Assembly: GCA_934757825.1 (NCBI GenBank)
Contig: CAKVLP010000001.1
Coordinates: 622,869-686,868, forward strand
Source: an uncultured Clostridia bacterium
GTDB taxonomy: Bacteria; Bacillota; Clostridia; Christensenellales; UBA1242
DNA length: 64,000 nucleotides
Direction: 5' to 3'
Within the stretch, counting starts at the first letter, position 1. Every line of letters begins with the position of its first letter. Positions 9,236 through 20,800 of the stretch are shown here, one piece after another. The position numbers and the translations under genes were made by a program. The notes below the pieces were generated by a model, which ran no database searches, had not been told where the DNA came from, and was given only the letters and a program-made list of their open reading frames with translations.

Positions 9236-10456
9236 GTGGAACGAAAGAAAAATATTGGCATTTTTATTGATGCGTTTTATCCAATGATAGATGGCGTTGT
9301 AAGTGTAGTGGACAACTACGCTCGTCTTTTGAGTAAATACGCCAACGTAACAGTTTTTACAATTAAGGGCAGAAGCGACTACGACGATAGCCGTTTTCCA
9401 TACAAAGTTGTAAGATGTAAGTCGATTGATGTGTTCAAATTGGACTACAATTTGGGCGTGCCTATTTTTGACTTAAAGTTTAAAAAAGCGGTTAGAAAAT
9501 CGCACCTTGACATTGTGCACATTCATTCGCCTTTTTCAATCGGCAAAACTGGGCTTAAATATGCAAGGACGCACAAAATCCCTGTTGTGGCGTCGCTTCA
9601 TAGCCAGTTTAAGCGCGATTTCGAGAGAGCGACTAAGAATAAAACCATAGTAAAATGGCTAGTTAGACGCGTTACAAGAGTTTACGATAAGTGTAATGAG
9701 GCGTGGGCTGTAAATAGCGAAGTTGCTAAGGTTTTTGACGGATATGGACTAAAAGCAAAAACTATCGTTATGAATAATGCGACCGAAATGCAACCACTAG
9801 AAACGGTGGACGAGAGCATCTTGGCTAAATATGGCATCAATCCAAACGAGAGAAACTTTTTGTTTGTGGGAAGGATAAATGTCGTTAAGAACATTTACTT
9901 TATTGTTGATGTTATGGAGCGCTTAAAGGCCACATATGGAAGCAATTTTAAAATGTATTTTGTTGGCTCTGGGCAAGATGAAGTAAAACTTAAAAAATAC
10001 ATCGCAGATAAGGATATGGAAGATTGCGTGAAAATGCTAGGCGCCATAAACAACAGAAACGAATTAGCCAACATCTACAAGGCGTGTCATTTGTTTGTAT
10101 TCCCATCTCTTTACGATTGCAGTTCGATTGTACAGATTGAATCCGCTAGCCAGAGAACGCCGGCAATATTTATGCAAGGCGCAGTCACTGCGGAAAACGT
10201 TGCTGATGGTATTAACGGGTATTTGGGTGAAAACGACGTAGAGAAGTTCGCGGAGAAAATTGCTAGCATCTTTGCTGACGAGGAACAGTACAACAAAGTT
10301 TGCGACAATTGCTTTAAGACTCTTTACGTAAATTGGGATACTAAAATCCAAGAAGTTTATGGCAAATATTTGGAAAAAATTGATGAAAACAATGCCAAAT
10401 TGTATGCTAAAAAGCATAAGAAAGAAGTAGTAGACGAAGAATATGGAAAAGCGTGA
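9236..10456 (+). CDS. glycosyltransferase, GT4 family (GT-B fold)
   Basis: GTG start 7 nt after AGGAG. N-terminal FIDAFYPMIDGV and a C-terminal region with FVFPSLYDCSSIVQIESASQRTP (E-x7-E-like GT4 region). Length about 400 aa. Confidence 0.7.
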   Translation: MERKKNIGIFIDAFYPMIDGVVSVVDNYARLLSKYANVTVFTIKGRSDYDDSRFPYKVVRCKSIDVFKLDYNLGVPIFDLKFKKAVRKSHLDIVHIHSPFSIGKTGLKYARTHKIPVVASLHSQFKRDFERATKNKTIVKWLVRRVTRVYDKCNEAWAVNSEVAKVFDGYGLKAKTIVMNNATEMQPLETVDESILAKYGINPNERNFLFVGRINVVKNIYFIVDVMERLKATYGSNFKMYFVGSGQDEVKLKKYIADKDMEDCVKMLGAINNRNELANIYKACHLFVFPSLYDCSSIVQIESASQRTPAIFMQGAVTAENVADGINGYLGENDVEKFAEKIASIFADEEQYNKVCDNCFKTLYVNWDTKIQEVYGKYLEKIDENNAKLYAKKHKKEVVDEEYGKA

Positions 10457-11639
10457 ATCCCCAATTGTTAAGAGGGTGGATAAGTACAAAAAGTATAGTG
10501 GTCACTCATACTTTTTTGTGCTTACCCCAAAACATGGATTAAAACTTAATATTTCAGATAAAAAACGCCGAGAGAAAAAGAAAAAACAATCCACTTGGTT
10601 GTTTTTGTTGTGCAACGCAATTATTGTGATTGGCATTCTTGTATATCAGTTTTGCTTCCAGGAAACAAAACCTCTTAGCGAACTTTTTAAGGAAAATCCT
10701 TATTACAGATATTTGACATGTTCGCTTATTGTTATGGGGTGTTTTTATGTTTTCGAAGCGATGTGTTATGGTCTATTATTTAAAAGACTTACGGGAAAGT
10801 TTAGTTTTTGGCTTTCGTTAAAGACCACAATTGTAGGCAAGTACTGGGACAGTTTGACGCCGTTTGGCTCGGGCGGACAGTTTGCTCAGGTTGCGTACAT
10901 AAACAGCAAGGGGCACAAAGGGAACACCTCCACAAGCATTATTGTGGGCAAATATGTGTTTTTTGAAATCGCCTTTGTTTTACTTGGCGTTGTAGTTATT
11001 TGTATGCCTTGTAAGTTGTTCCAATATGGCGTAGTTGTTAGATATTTGGCGCTTGCGGGCGTTCTTATAAACCTACTGATTTGTTCGTTTATAATGCTTG
11101 TTTCGCTCAATAGGCGCGCGTGCGCGATCTTTGTTGTGGGCGGACTAAAATTTTTGCACAAAATAAAAATTGTAAAAGATTACAAAAAGTCGCTTTATAA
11201 GTCTCTTCGATTTATCCATAATTACCAGCAATCAATAAAACTATGCGCTAAAAAACCTCTGCTTATCATCGGCGAGATTTTATTTAACTTTTTGGGGCTT
11301 ATCGCTCAGGCGTTTATAAGTTATCTAATTTACCGCACATTCAATCCATTCGGCACTATTAGCCCTGTTCAAATTATGCTTATGGCATTACTATGTCAAT
11401 ATGCAACAACATTTATCCCGCTTCCTGGTGGCAGTGGAGCGGCAGAAGTATCGTTTGTGGCAATGTTTAGCACGTTGTTCACCGACGGCTCAACATTCTG
11501 GGCATTACTTTTCTGGCGACTATTTACATTCTATTTGTTCGTTATTGTGGGATTCTTGTTTACAATGTTGGAACCAGCATTTATTAGTGGACGCAAACAA
11601 AAACTCCTAAAAGTGGAGAAAAATAAGCCTGCGGAATAA
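10443..11639 (+). CDS. flippase-like / lysyl-PG synthase TM-region family membrane protein
   Basis: Multi-pass membrane protein with the family's conserved PLPGGSGAAE motif near the C-terminus. It overlaps the GT4 gene by 14 nt, so the two are translationally coupled. Confidence 0.6.
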   Translation: MEKRESPIVKRVDKYKKYSGHSYFFVLTPKHGLKLNISDKKRREKKKKQSTWLFLLCNAIIVIGILVYQFCFQETKPLSELFKENPYYRYLTCSLIVMGCFYVFEAMCYGLLFKRLTGKFSFWLSLKTTIVGKYWDSLTPFGSGGQFAQVAYINSKGHKGNTSTSIIVGKYVFFEIAFVLLGVVVICMPCKLFQYGVVVRYLALAGVLINLLICSFIMLVSLNRRACAIFVVGGLKFLHKIKIVKDYKKSLYKSLRFIHNYQQSIKLCAKKPLLIIGEILFNFLGLIAQAFISYLIYRTFNPFGTISPVQIMLMALLCQYATTFIPLPGGSGAAEVSFVAMFSTLFTDGSTFWALLFWRLFTFYLFVIVGFLFTMLEPAFISGRKQKLLKVEKNKPAE

Positions 11640-11895
11640 ACACATCACTTTTTGCAAGTGAGGGTTTAATACATAAATCCGTGTCCTAAAAAATACGAGT
11701 TGTATAAGGGAATGGTTGAAAGAGAAGGCAAATTAAAATATAAAAAATAGACATTTAAAATGTTAAAAGATTAAAATAAACACCTAAAAAGCATAAAAAG
11801 GCACTACTTTTGTAGTGCTCTTTTTATGTTAATAATTATATTATTATTTTAAGGCAATATTTATAGAACAACCTTATCTTTGGTTTAAATTAAGT

Positions 11896-12624
11896 TTATT
11901 TTTTACTTTTGGAGCCTACTGCATAGAATAATATCCTTAGGAATTGTATCAAAGAAGTGAGTGCAGATGCCACATAGGTAAGGGCAGCAGCATCAAGCAC
12001 TTGTTTTGCTTGAACTGTCTCAGTGGGAGTAAGAATGCTGTTTGTTTGAAGAATTTTTATGGCTCTTTTGCTTGCATTGAACTCAATTGGAAGAGTGATA
12101 AGGCTCAATATAAAACTTAAAACATAACTTGCAATAGCAAATAAAACAAGCAAAATACCTGCGGTTTGTAAGGCCCAAGAATTAAGTATAATCCCAATAA
12201 TAAGGAGTGGGAAAAGCATCCTTGATGTGAAAGCGCATAATTTTACTGTCATATTCCTAAATCGGATAGGGAAGTATTTTGTTTTATATTGTATGGCGTG
12301 CCCTGCTTCATGTGCCGCCACGCCGATTGCCGCCACGCTTTTGCTGTCGTACACGCTTTCCGATAGGGAAATTGTCCTTGTTTTTGGGTTAAAGTTGTCG
12401 GTCAAGTCGCCCTTTATTTGCCTTACTTTGTGGTCGGTTATCCCGGCGTCATTTAGCATTTGCTCTGCAACTTCGTGAGCGGTTTTGCCTTCGCTACTTT
12501 CTATTTGCCTAAACGTAGAAAATGTCCTAGTTACGCGTGTTTGGGCGTATATGGCAAAGCCAAACGTAGGCAACAATAAAATTGTAAATATTATGTATCC
12601 ATATTCTGCTAAAAATTGTAACAT
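11896..12624 (-). CDS. membrane zinc metallopeptidase (Zn_peptidase_2 / YpfJ-unrelated 'putative neutral zinc metallopeptidase' family)
   Basis: N-terminal TM, DHKVRQIKGDLTDNFNPKTRTISLSESVYDSKSVAAIGVAAHEAGHAIQ (HExxH), and C-terminal TM pair. Confidence 0.8.
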   Translation of the reverse strand: MLQFLAEYGYIIFTILLLPTFGFAIYAQTRVTRTFSTFRQIESSEGKTAHEVAEQMLNDAGITDHKVRQIKGDLTDNFNPKTRTISLSESVYDSKSVAAIGVAAHEAGHAIQYKTKYFPIRFRNMTVKLCAFTSRMLFPLLIIGIILNSWALQTAGILLVLFAIASYVLSFILSLITLPIEFNASKRAIKILQTNSILTPTETVQAKQVLDAAALTYVASALTSLIQFLRILFYAVGSKSKK

Positions 12625-12634
12625 TTGTTTTCCT

Positions 12635-13333
12635 CTATTTTAAAAATAATTCTTTTAATTTCCTTAGTGATATAAATATACCGTCAAACAACGCTAGAAT
12701 ATAGGTTTGCCCGGCGGTGTTTAGTAGTTTTTTTGTTTTTGTGATTTCTTTTTTGGAAAGAAGCTGGCATTCAGTCATAATTTTAACCGCGCGATGACTG
12801 GCGTCGAATTCAAGCGGGATAGTGATGAGTTTAAGTAGTGCGTGCAATAGAAATAGTGCGCCGGCGATTATAACGAGTATAAGTCCTAGGGTTTCGTTTG
12901 GCACCTTGATAGTGTAGAGTATAAGTCCGACAATAATAAGTGGAATTATAAATCTATTTGTGACGCGGGTTATGGCGCTAAGAACTTCGTTTGTCCTAAA
13001 TAATTTACTTTTTTCTTTGTGTTGAAGCGCGTGGCCAAGTTCGTGCGATACAATGGCAACCGACGCGATTGACGGAGTGTCACACACGCGGTCACTCATA
13101 AGTAAAATGCGTTGTTTTGGAAAGTACGCGTCGGACAAATCCTGCTTTGTGCGATTAAACTTAATATCCAAATGATATTTATTCTTTGCAAAAACAGCAA
13201 CCTGCGCGCCCGTTATGCCTTGCTCGTTTCCTATCCTCATCTGTTTCTCGTAGTTGCTCTTTATGCGGGCACGAGATGAAAACAAAATAACCAACAACAC
13301 AAAAATAATAATGCCAATAGTAATGTATAACAT
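12635..13333 (-). CDS. second membrane zinc metallopeptidase paralog (same family)
   Basis: SIASVAIVSHELGHALQH has the HExxH motif, and the TM architecture matches the downstream paralog. Start set at ATG 13333, 7 nt after AGGAG. Confidence 0.75.
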   Translation of the reverse strand: MLYITIGIIIFVLLVILFSSRARIKSNYEKQMRIGNEQGITGAQVAVFAKNKYHLDIKFNRTKQDLSDAYFPKQRILLMSDRVCDTPSIASVAIVSHELGHALQHKEKSKLFRTNEVLSAITRVTNRFIIPLIIVGLILYTIKVPNETLGLILVIIAGALFLLHALLKLITIPLEFDASHRAVKIMTECQLLSKKEITKTKKLLNTAGQTYILALFDGIFISLRKLKELFLK

Positions 13334-13385
13334 CGGTGTTCTCCTTAAAATATTATACTTTAATTGTGGCATTATTACAAATGTT

Positions 13386-14294
13386 TTAATTGGTATTTAA
13401 AGGATTTTCTTCTATTTCGGTTATCTTGCCATTTTCAACTGAAAACGTGTAATTTTTAAACGTATCGCTTAGAACAGTGTAATTTATATCCTTGCTTAGC
13501 CCGTTAAGACAAACCTTTTTAATGTCGCCAAAATATGATTTTAAGTGCTCGTTGCTAACAATGCTGTTGTCAAGATAATGTTTTGCAAGCGAATAATCCC
13601 CGTACTTTATCGCCTCAATAAATGCAAGTGGAATGAGTTTTGGAGTGGCAGAAACAAGCGGGGTGTCGTTTTTGTAAACACCATAACTGCTAAGTTTTTT
13701 GGAGGAGTATTCAAACTGGTACACCATGCCATATCCGGTCAAAGTGGGCGGAAATTTTATCGCAGACACGCCCGTTTTGTTGTGCTCAACCCTTGAAACA
13801 AGTGTCTCTAGTACTACTTTTTTGGTTTTTGCATTGAAAATTAAAATGTAGGTTTCGGTTTCTGTTTTACCGGTTAAAACCACAACGCTATCGTGCGTCG
13901 TAAAGTCAAGATACGATAGGGTTGGTACAACGCTTTTGTGCGAAAAGTTAAGCCCGTCGATGTTTAAAAAACTTTTGTGAGAGTTGTGAACAGTGAAATA
14001 TAGCCCACAAAACTTTTTGCTTAGGACGCAAGTTTCGCTTGTTTTTGTTGGGATAGTCGGTGGGTCAAAAGTAATTTCGGTGTGTGTGTCAAATGGTACG
14101 ACCAAAAGATGCTCGCTGTTTTCTGCCTTGTTTAGTGCAACCGATAGTGGCAAATATTTTTCGCGGTCGGTCGGCAAAAATGTGATATAACAATCCTCAT
14201 TTGACACGATACTGAATGGATTGCTAGAAATTTCCTCTCCGTTAATAAGAATTTTTGCGTCCACAGTGCAGTGTATTTTAACAACTTTTTCCAT
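13386..14294 (-). CDS. hypothetical protein (302 aa), first gene of the operon with the two Zn-peptidase paralogs
   Basis: Long ORF with RBS (AGAGG) upstream and the same strand with short gaps to the downstream genes. No motif recognised. Confidence 0.6.
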   Translation of the reverse strand: MEKVVKIHCTVDAKILINGEEISSNPFSIVSNEDCYITFLPTDREKYLPLSVALNKAENSEHLLVVPFDTHTEITFDPPTIPTKTSETCVLSKKFCGLYFTVHNSHKSFLNIDGLNFSHKSVVPTLSYLDFTTHDSVVVLTGKTETETYILIFNAKTKKVVLETLVSRVEHNKTGVSAIKFPPTLTGYGMVYQFEYSSKKLSSYGVYKNDTPLVSATPKLIPLAFIEAIKYGDYSLAKHYLDNSIVSNEHLKSYFGDIKKVCLNGLSKDINYTVLSDTFKNYTFSVENGKITEIEENPLNTN

Positions 14295-14362
14295 AAAAAA
14301 CCTCTTACTTATTCTATGAAAAATGAGGTTTATATTATGATAAAAAAGTTAATAATTGGAGT

Positions 14363-14632
14363 ATGAAAGAGAGTGTAAAAATTTTAAAGTTTAATAAAAA
14401 ACCAGACGACCTACTGAGTGATGATGAGGTTATGAAAATATTTATGGGGCTATTTCGCCTTATGAAGAAATCGGCGGAATATACGGCAATAAAAAGTGTG
14501 GAATCAAAACTTAAATCTGATGCGAGGAAAATACGCGAGTTAGATGCGAAAGTTGCTAAGCGCACAAACCAAGTTGAGCAACTGCTAAAACTAAATCAAG
14601 AACTAACTGCTCAACTAAAACTTCAAGTCTGA
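14363..14632 (+). CDS. small hypothetical coiled-coil protein
   Basis: 89-aa ORF, charged and helical. The RBS spacing is poor, so this call is weak. Confidence 0.35.
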   Translation: MKESVKILKFNKKPDDLLSDDEVMKIFMGLFRLMKKSAEYTAIKSVESKLKSDARKIRELDAKVAKRTNQVEQLLKLNQELTAQLKLQV

Positions 14633-14693
14633 TTGGTTAAATTTTATTGAATTTTGCGTGAGTATTTGCTAAAATATAATTAGGTGAAAAAAA

Positions 14694-17600
14694 GTGCAAA
14701 CATTTATTTACTATGCCACGTTAAATTCAATGGCTGAGGACAACTTAATAAAAAACCTTAAAAACAGAGACCGTGAGAAAAAACATATTATAATTACTCC
14801 GGACAAAAAATCGCTGTTTTATGAAAAACGACTTTTTTCTTTGCTTGAAGAAGAAGCCTTTTTTGACGTCACAACGACAACACTTTCCCGTTTTGCCAAT
14901 AAGGTCAACAATAAGACCGAACGTATTCTTACAAAACAAGGCGGGGTTTTGATAATTAAAAAAATTCTAAATGAGTACGCGTCCAACTTAAAAAGTTTTG
15001 GCAAGGATTGCAACGCGGTGGGTTTTGCAAGTGTTTTGTTCGATACAATTTGTATGTTTAAAAGTTGTAATGTTCCATACTCGGATATCACAGAGTGCGG
15101 AAACAAACTTCTTGCAGGCAAACTTAATGACATTAAATTTGTTTACGAAAAATATGAGGAATATTTAAAAAAGGAATACACCGATAGTTTTAATAGATTG
15201 TCACTTTGTGCTCACAACATAGCACGAGAAGATTTTAAGGACACTTGCGTGTATTTTGTTGGCTTTGACGACTTTACAAAACAAGCATATGCGATAATTG
15301 AAAAGTTAATGCTTTCGTGTGATTCGGTGAGTATTGCGACAACGCTTGGAAAAAAATCAGACACAAAACATAATGCTAATATTTACCTTAACGTAATTTA
15401 CTACAACATTATCGACTTGGCAAAGAAACACGGAATTCAAATTAACTTTGTGGATTCTGAGACCACTTTGTCAAAAGAAAAGGAGCATATCCTAAACGAA
15501 ATGTTCGGATATAACCTTGCAAAATTTTCTGGCGATAATCGCTTTGTGAGATTGGTAAGTTACAACAGTATTGATGATGAAATCAAAAATACCGTGCAGG
15601 AAATTAAATTTAGAATCATTAACGAAAAAAGAAAATTTAACGAATTTGCTATTGCAGTCTCCAACTTACAACAATACAAAGATAGACTTATAAAAACATT
15701 TGAGGAATATGGAGTAAACTATTTTTTAGACGAAGCAATTAAACTAAAAGAAACAATAGTCGCCAGATATCTGGTGGATTTTATTTCGCTTGCAATACGC
15801 CCAAATAAATACAACTTGCTTGGTCTTTTGAAGAGTCCGCTAACTGGTGTGGATAGAAGCGCTGTCGACAATTTTGAAGACTATATTGTTGCATTTGATG
15901 TGTCGGGACACGCATTATTTAAAATAAGTGATGAAAATTCACTATCCGAGATATTGTCAAGATGTGCTGACTTTGTGACAAAAAGTAGCGAACAGATGAC
16001 AATAAATGAGAGGGTTGATTTAATAAGGAATTATATATTCGATTCTGAGTTTGAGGCAAAACTGGAAGAGCTTAAAGAACAATATTATAAAAAGGGTGAC
16101 ACATACAATTATCGCGCGCTTCAACAAGCGTATGAGAAAATAGTGAAGATTTTTGATGAATTTAATTCAATTGAAGAATACGTTTGCTCGGCACAAGAGT
16201 TTTTGCAATTTGTAAATTTGTACTTGGATAATGTTTCAATTACAATTCCGCCTGTGGTCACAGACGCTGTTTTTGTGACTGATATAAGTGCGGGAGTAAT
16301 GGACGAAACGAAAACTATATATATGCTTGGTGCCAACGAGGGAAGTGTTCCGGCGTATGTGGTTGACTGCGGTCTAATCTCTGATAAGGAAATAGACGAT
16401 ATGCCAAAATCGTTTAGACTTTCTCCAAGTGTCGCTGTTATAAACAAACGAATGAAGTATCGAGTATTCGAAACTTTGTTTTTGGCAAAAGACGAACTTG
16501 TTGTTTCTTATCCTTCGAAAACCGATGGAAGCGACGCATATGCAAGTAGTGTGGTTGAGAACTTGAAAAACTTATTTGGATTAAGTGTGGTTTCGGGGTC
16601 GAATTTGCTAGATCAAATCGCAAACAATCAGTTTGGTTTTAATGAGAAAAATTTTGTGTATAACAACTTCAATCAAAAAACAGCCACAAAAAATTTTGTG
16701 GAGAACTTAAAATATTGGGACAACTACAATGAAAGTGAGAGTTATGTAAGAATTTTGGAAACTCTTAATGAGATTGTTGATGGGGAGTATTTGAAAAACG
16801 TAACTTTTAATAATGATATTCCAGACATTAAAGTAAGATTTGATTCGGATAAAATCGGAATTAGTGAAATTGAAAAATTCAATTCTTGCCCATACTTGCA
16901 TTTTTGTGATTACATACTAAAGTTAAAAGAAAATGATTCCAGTGAAATTAACAGTATGATTATTGGAAACATTCTTCACGAGTTTTTAAAAGACGCAGTG
17001 TTTTATACTGACAAATCGGTTGATTGGGCTTGCACACAATTGGATAAGATTTTAAATAAACCCGAATATGATAAGTTTGCTAAAAACAAGAAAAACAATT
17101 ATGTAATACTTGCGCTAAAAGATGAAGTGAAAAGAATATTTGATGTGCTTCAAAAGCAGGCAGGTTTAAGTTCGTTTAAACCAAACAAGACCGAACTTAA
17201 ATTTGTTTCGGACAAACCTGTATTTGTAAGCGGAGACAAAAAACTATTTTTGACAGGGATTATTGATAGGATAGACTACTGTAAAAATGGATTTAGAATA
17301 CTGGACTACAAGACTGGAAAAGTTGACTTTAAAAACTATAATGGCATATATTATGGCAATAAAATGCAAGTTGTTGTCTATTTGAGCCTATTTTCTGACA
17401 AAAACCCAGACTTAATGCCACTTGGCGCGCTGTATCTGCCAATTTCCAACGAATTTTCTGCAACATCGTATGAGGAACTATATAAAATGCAGGGAATAGT
17501 GGAAAAAAGCCTTGAAAATTTACTTAATTTTGATAAAAATGTGAGTGAAGAAGGATATAGTAGTAAGATTTTGGACATTGTGACTACATCGGCGGGAATA

Positions 17601-17867
17601 AAAAATAATACCTATTATAAAAATATGTGTTTAGATGAAGTGCAAATAAAAGAACTTGCGAAGTTTGTTTTAGACAAAGTAAGCGAGACGATTGCCAAGA
17701 TTATAAGCGGAGTTATAAAACCTGTTCCAATTCATGAGGCTGAGCAGTGCAGATATTGCAAGTATCTGGGCTTATGCAATTTCAATAAATTGTATGGCAA
17801 TGTTGAGAGAGGGGATAAGGGTTATCCGAATGTAGAGAGCCTAAAAGGGGGTGCGGAAAATGAGTAG
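14694..17867 (+). CDS. addB: helicase-nuclease AddAB subunit B (RexB-like N-terminus, Fe-S nuclease C-terminus)
   Basis: GTG start 6 nt after AGGTGA. The size, the position upstream of addA, and C-terminal cysteines CPYLHFC ... CRYCKYLGLC (C-x2-C-x5-C) fit AddB. The N-terminal Walker A is absent. Confidence 0.85.
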   Translation: MQTFIYYATLNSMAEDNLIKNLKNRDREKKHIIITPDKKSLFYEKRLFSLLEEEAFFDVTTTTLSRFANKVNNKTERILTKQGGVLIIKKILNEYASNLKSFGKDCNAVGFASVLFDTICMFKSCNVPYSDITECGNKLLAGKLNDIKFVYEKYEEYLKKEYTDSFNRLSLCAHNIAREDFKDTCVYFVGFDDFTKQAYAIIEKLMLSCDSVSIATTLGKKSDTKHNANIYLNVIYYNIIDLAKKHGIQINFVDSETTLSKEKEHILNEMFGYNLAKFSGDNRFVRLVSYNSIDDEIKNTVQEIKFRIINEKRKFNEFAIAVSNLQQYKDRLIKTFEEYGVNYFLDEAIKLKETIVARYLVDFISLAIRPNKYNLLGLLKSPLTGVDRSAVDNFEDYIVAFDVSGHALFKISDENSLSEILSRCADFVTKSSEQMTINERVDLIRNYIFDSEFEAKLEELKEQYYKKGDTYNYRALQQAYEKIVKIFDEFNSIEEYVCSAQEFLQFVNLYLDNVSITIPPVVTDAVFVTDISAGVMDETKTIYMLGANEGSVPAYVVDCGLISDKEIDDMPKSFRLSPSVAVINKRMKYRVFETLFLAKDELVVSYPSKTDGSDAYASSVVENLKNLFGLSVVSGSNLLDQIANNQFGFNEKNFVYNNFNQKTATKNFVENLKYWDNYNESESYVRILETLNEIVDGEYLKNVTFNNDIPDIKVRFDSDKIGISEIEKFNSCPYLHFCDYILKLKENDSSEINSMIIGNILHEFLKDAVFYTDKSVDWACTQLDKILNKPEYDKFAKNKKNNYVILALKDEVKRIFDVLQKQAGLSSFKPNKTELKFVSDKPVFVSGDKKLFLTGIIDRIDYCKNGFRILDYKTGKVDFKNYNGIYYGNKMQVVVYLSLFSDKNPDLMPLGALYLPISNEFSATSYEELYKMQGIVEKSLENLLNFDKNVSEEGYSSKILDIVTTSAGIKNNTYYKNMCLDEVQIKELAKFVLDKVSETIAKIISGVIKPVPIHEAEQCRYCKYLGLCNFNKLYGNVERGDKGYPNVESLKGGAENE

Positions 17868-20800
17868 TGTAAAACTTACTGACCCACAGAGAGAATTTGT
17901 AGAACTTAAAAAAGGCAACATCTTAGTTTCTGCAAGTGCCGGCTCTGGTAAAACATTTACGATGATTCAAAAACTTGTTGGTCTTATGCTTGACGGGACC
18001 GACCTTAAAAATATCCTTGTTGTGACTTACACCAATTCGGCAGCGAGCGAAATGAAACAGAGGCTTTACTCAAAACTTCTTGAATGCCTTGCGGAAGAAA
18101 GTGACGAAACAAAAAAGGACTACATCTCCGACCAAATTGACTCGCTTAACAACGCTGACATCGGCACATTACATAGCGTCTGCAAAAAAATATTGACAAA
18201 TTATTTTTATGCTGGCGATATTGACCCCGCGTTTGGGTTAATTACGGGCAAAGAGCAAACCTATCTGTTTAACACCGCGCTTGACAACGTATTCAATAAG
18301 TTGATTTCTGAAAACGATAAAGACTTTTACGAAATCTTTACGCTTTACAACAATAAGCGCAACACTAACGAAATAAAGTTTTTGGTTACTAAGGTGTATG
18401 AGTTTTGCCTAAGTAAAATTGATTACTCCGCTTGGAAAAACTCTGTTTTGGACGATTGCGACAAAGAACTTAACGACATATCGTCGGCTCGCTTTTTGGT
18501 TGAGTATTTCAAAAACGAAACAGGGCAGTATCAAAAACCTTTTGAAAGATTGCTGATTGCGAGCGACGAGTTAATAAAAAAGTATGGCGATTTTGTAAAC
18601 TACAACTTAAACATTACCCGTCAAATTGCGGATTGTACAAATTATGAGCAGATGTGCATATGTGCAAAAACTCTAACGTTGACTAAAAAGCCGAATGTAA
18701 ACAACAAAAATGTGGACGAGCAAGTTTATAACGATGACCTTGCTGGTGTTTACGGCGAGTTTAAAAAGTTTATTGAAACATTCAAGGACGCATTTAAGGA
18801 GTATTCTAAAAGTGAGTTGAAAAGCCTTAAAAATGTGATTTCCGAATTATTTAGGCTTAAAGAACTAGTAGACGATGAGTATTCGAGGCTTAAAAAGTTA
18901 AGAAACGTGCTTGATTTTTCCGATTTGGAACACAAAACTCTTCAAATTTTGCAAAACGACCAAGTGAGGACTGCACTTAAAGAAAAATATCATTACATTT
19001 TTGTGGACGAGTATCAGGATATCAACCAAGTCCAAGAAGCGATCATAATGTTACTTAGTAGCGACAATGTAAATATGATAGGCGACCTAAAACAGTCGAT
19101 TTATCAGTTTAGATTGTCATCGCCGGAAATCTTTATAGAGAAATACAATCGTTTTTCGGCGTGCGAAGGTGGAAAGGTGGTTAACCTAAACCATAATTTT
19201 AGAAGTGAACCTAACATTTTGGAGTTTGCCAATTTTGTTTTCGATGTGCTAATGACTCGCGAAACAATCGGAATTGATTACAAAACTTCGTCGAGGCTAC
19301 AAGCGGGAGAGAAAGACGATAAGACTTGTGTTGTGGATATTGACCTGCTTAACACCGAAGAAGAGGGCGAGGCAAAAGAAGCGGAACTTATTGTGCAAGA
19401 TGTTGCAAAACTTGTGAGTGAGGGATATAAGTTTTCGGATATTGCAATTTTATTGCGTTACAAAAACGAACTTGCGCAGAGTGTAATTGAAAAACTGAAA
19501 GAACACAACATTCCTTGTGACGCCACATACAAAACTCAACTTTTCAAAAACAACGAAATTTTGGTCGTTTATTCGCTTTTAAAGGTTTTAAACAATGGCC
19601 ACGACGATTTGGCGGTGGCGACGTGTCTAAAAAGCATTTTCTGCGGTCTTAACGAACAACAATTGCACGACATTCGAGCAAAGCACCTAGACGGAAATTT
19701 CTACGAGGCTGTGGCTAGTTATGTTGACACTACTGACGATATAATCTCGCGTAAAATCAAACAGTTTTATGACTTTTTGGAGGAGTGTAGATTTGACTTA
19801 AATAGTCTTAGCATAACCGAACTTTTGCAACAAATTTTTGTTAAATATGGTGTTATGGAACACTACACAAGTTTTAAAGACGGAAGTGTCAGAATAAACA
19901 ATATTAAACAGTTTTTAAATATTTTGTCTAATGATGAATACGAACACGATTTGCGCAAGTGTCTTGATTATCTGGACGGATTAAAAGATGAAGAAGTTCA
20001 ACTCGACATCGCCGGTGGGGCAAATAGCGTAAAAATTATGACCATACACGCAAGCAAGGGTTTGGAGTTTCCTGCGGTGATACTTGGTGGAGTGGGCAAG
20101 AGTTTTAGGATAAATGTCCAGACTAATTCGCTTATCATAAACGACAAACTTGGTATGGGCGTAAAGATGCTTGACCCTAAGTTTAGAATAAAAAAAGAGA
20201 GCCTAGTTGCGACCGCGTGCAAGTTTAAAAATAGACTTGACGAACTAAACGAGGAAATTCGACTTTTGTATGTGGCGCTAACACGAGCAAAGTCGCGACT
20301 AATAGTTGTGGGGAGCGGAAAATTAACCCAACTAAAAAGCAAATACGATAGCGGAATTTACTCGGGAAAAAACTATTTGGATTTTATCTTAAAAGCATTT
20401 TCCAGAACCGATGTGTCGCGCTTAAATAGCGGAAGCGTTGTGGTAAATAAGGGTGTGGGAGAGTTCCGATTCAATATAATTTCGCCTGCCGATTTGACCG
20501 AAAATCACACCGACCCGCGACCAATAATTTTGCAAAAAGGCGATGAAAAACTTGCGGAAAAACTGAGATCGTATTTTAAGTACGAATATCCTTATCCTAA
20601 GACAAACGTAGCAATAAAAAACACTGTTACGTCCATTTTAAAAGAGGAAGTGGACTATGAAAATAAGGTGGAAAATTTAAAGAATTTAAGTACTATGCAA
20701 ACTTCGTCTTCCGACAAAGCGATGAGGCTCGGCACGGCATATCATAGTATTATGCAAAACCTTAAATATTCCGAAAACGAAGCTGAAATTTGTGGTTTAA

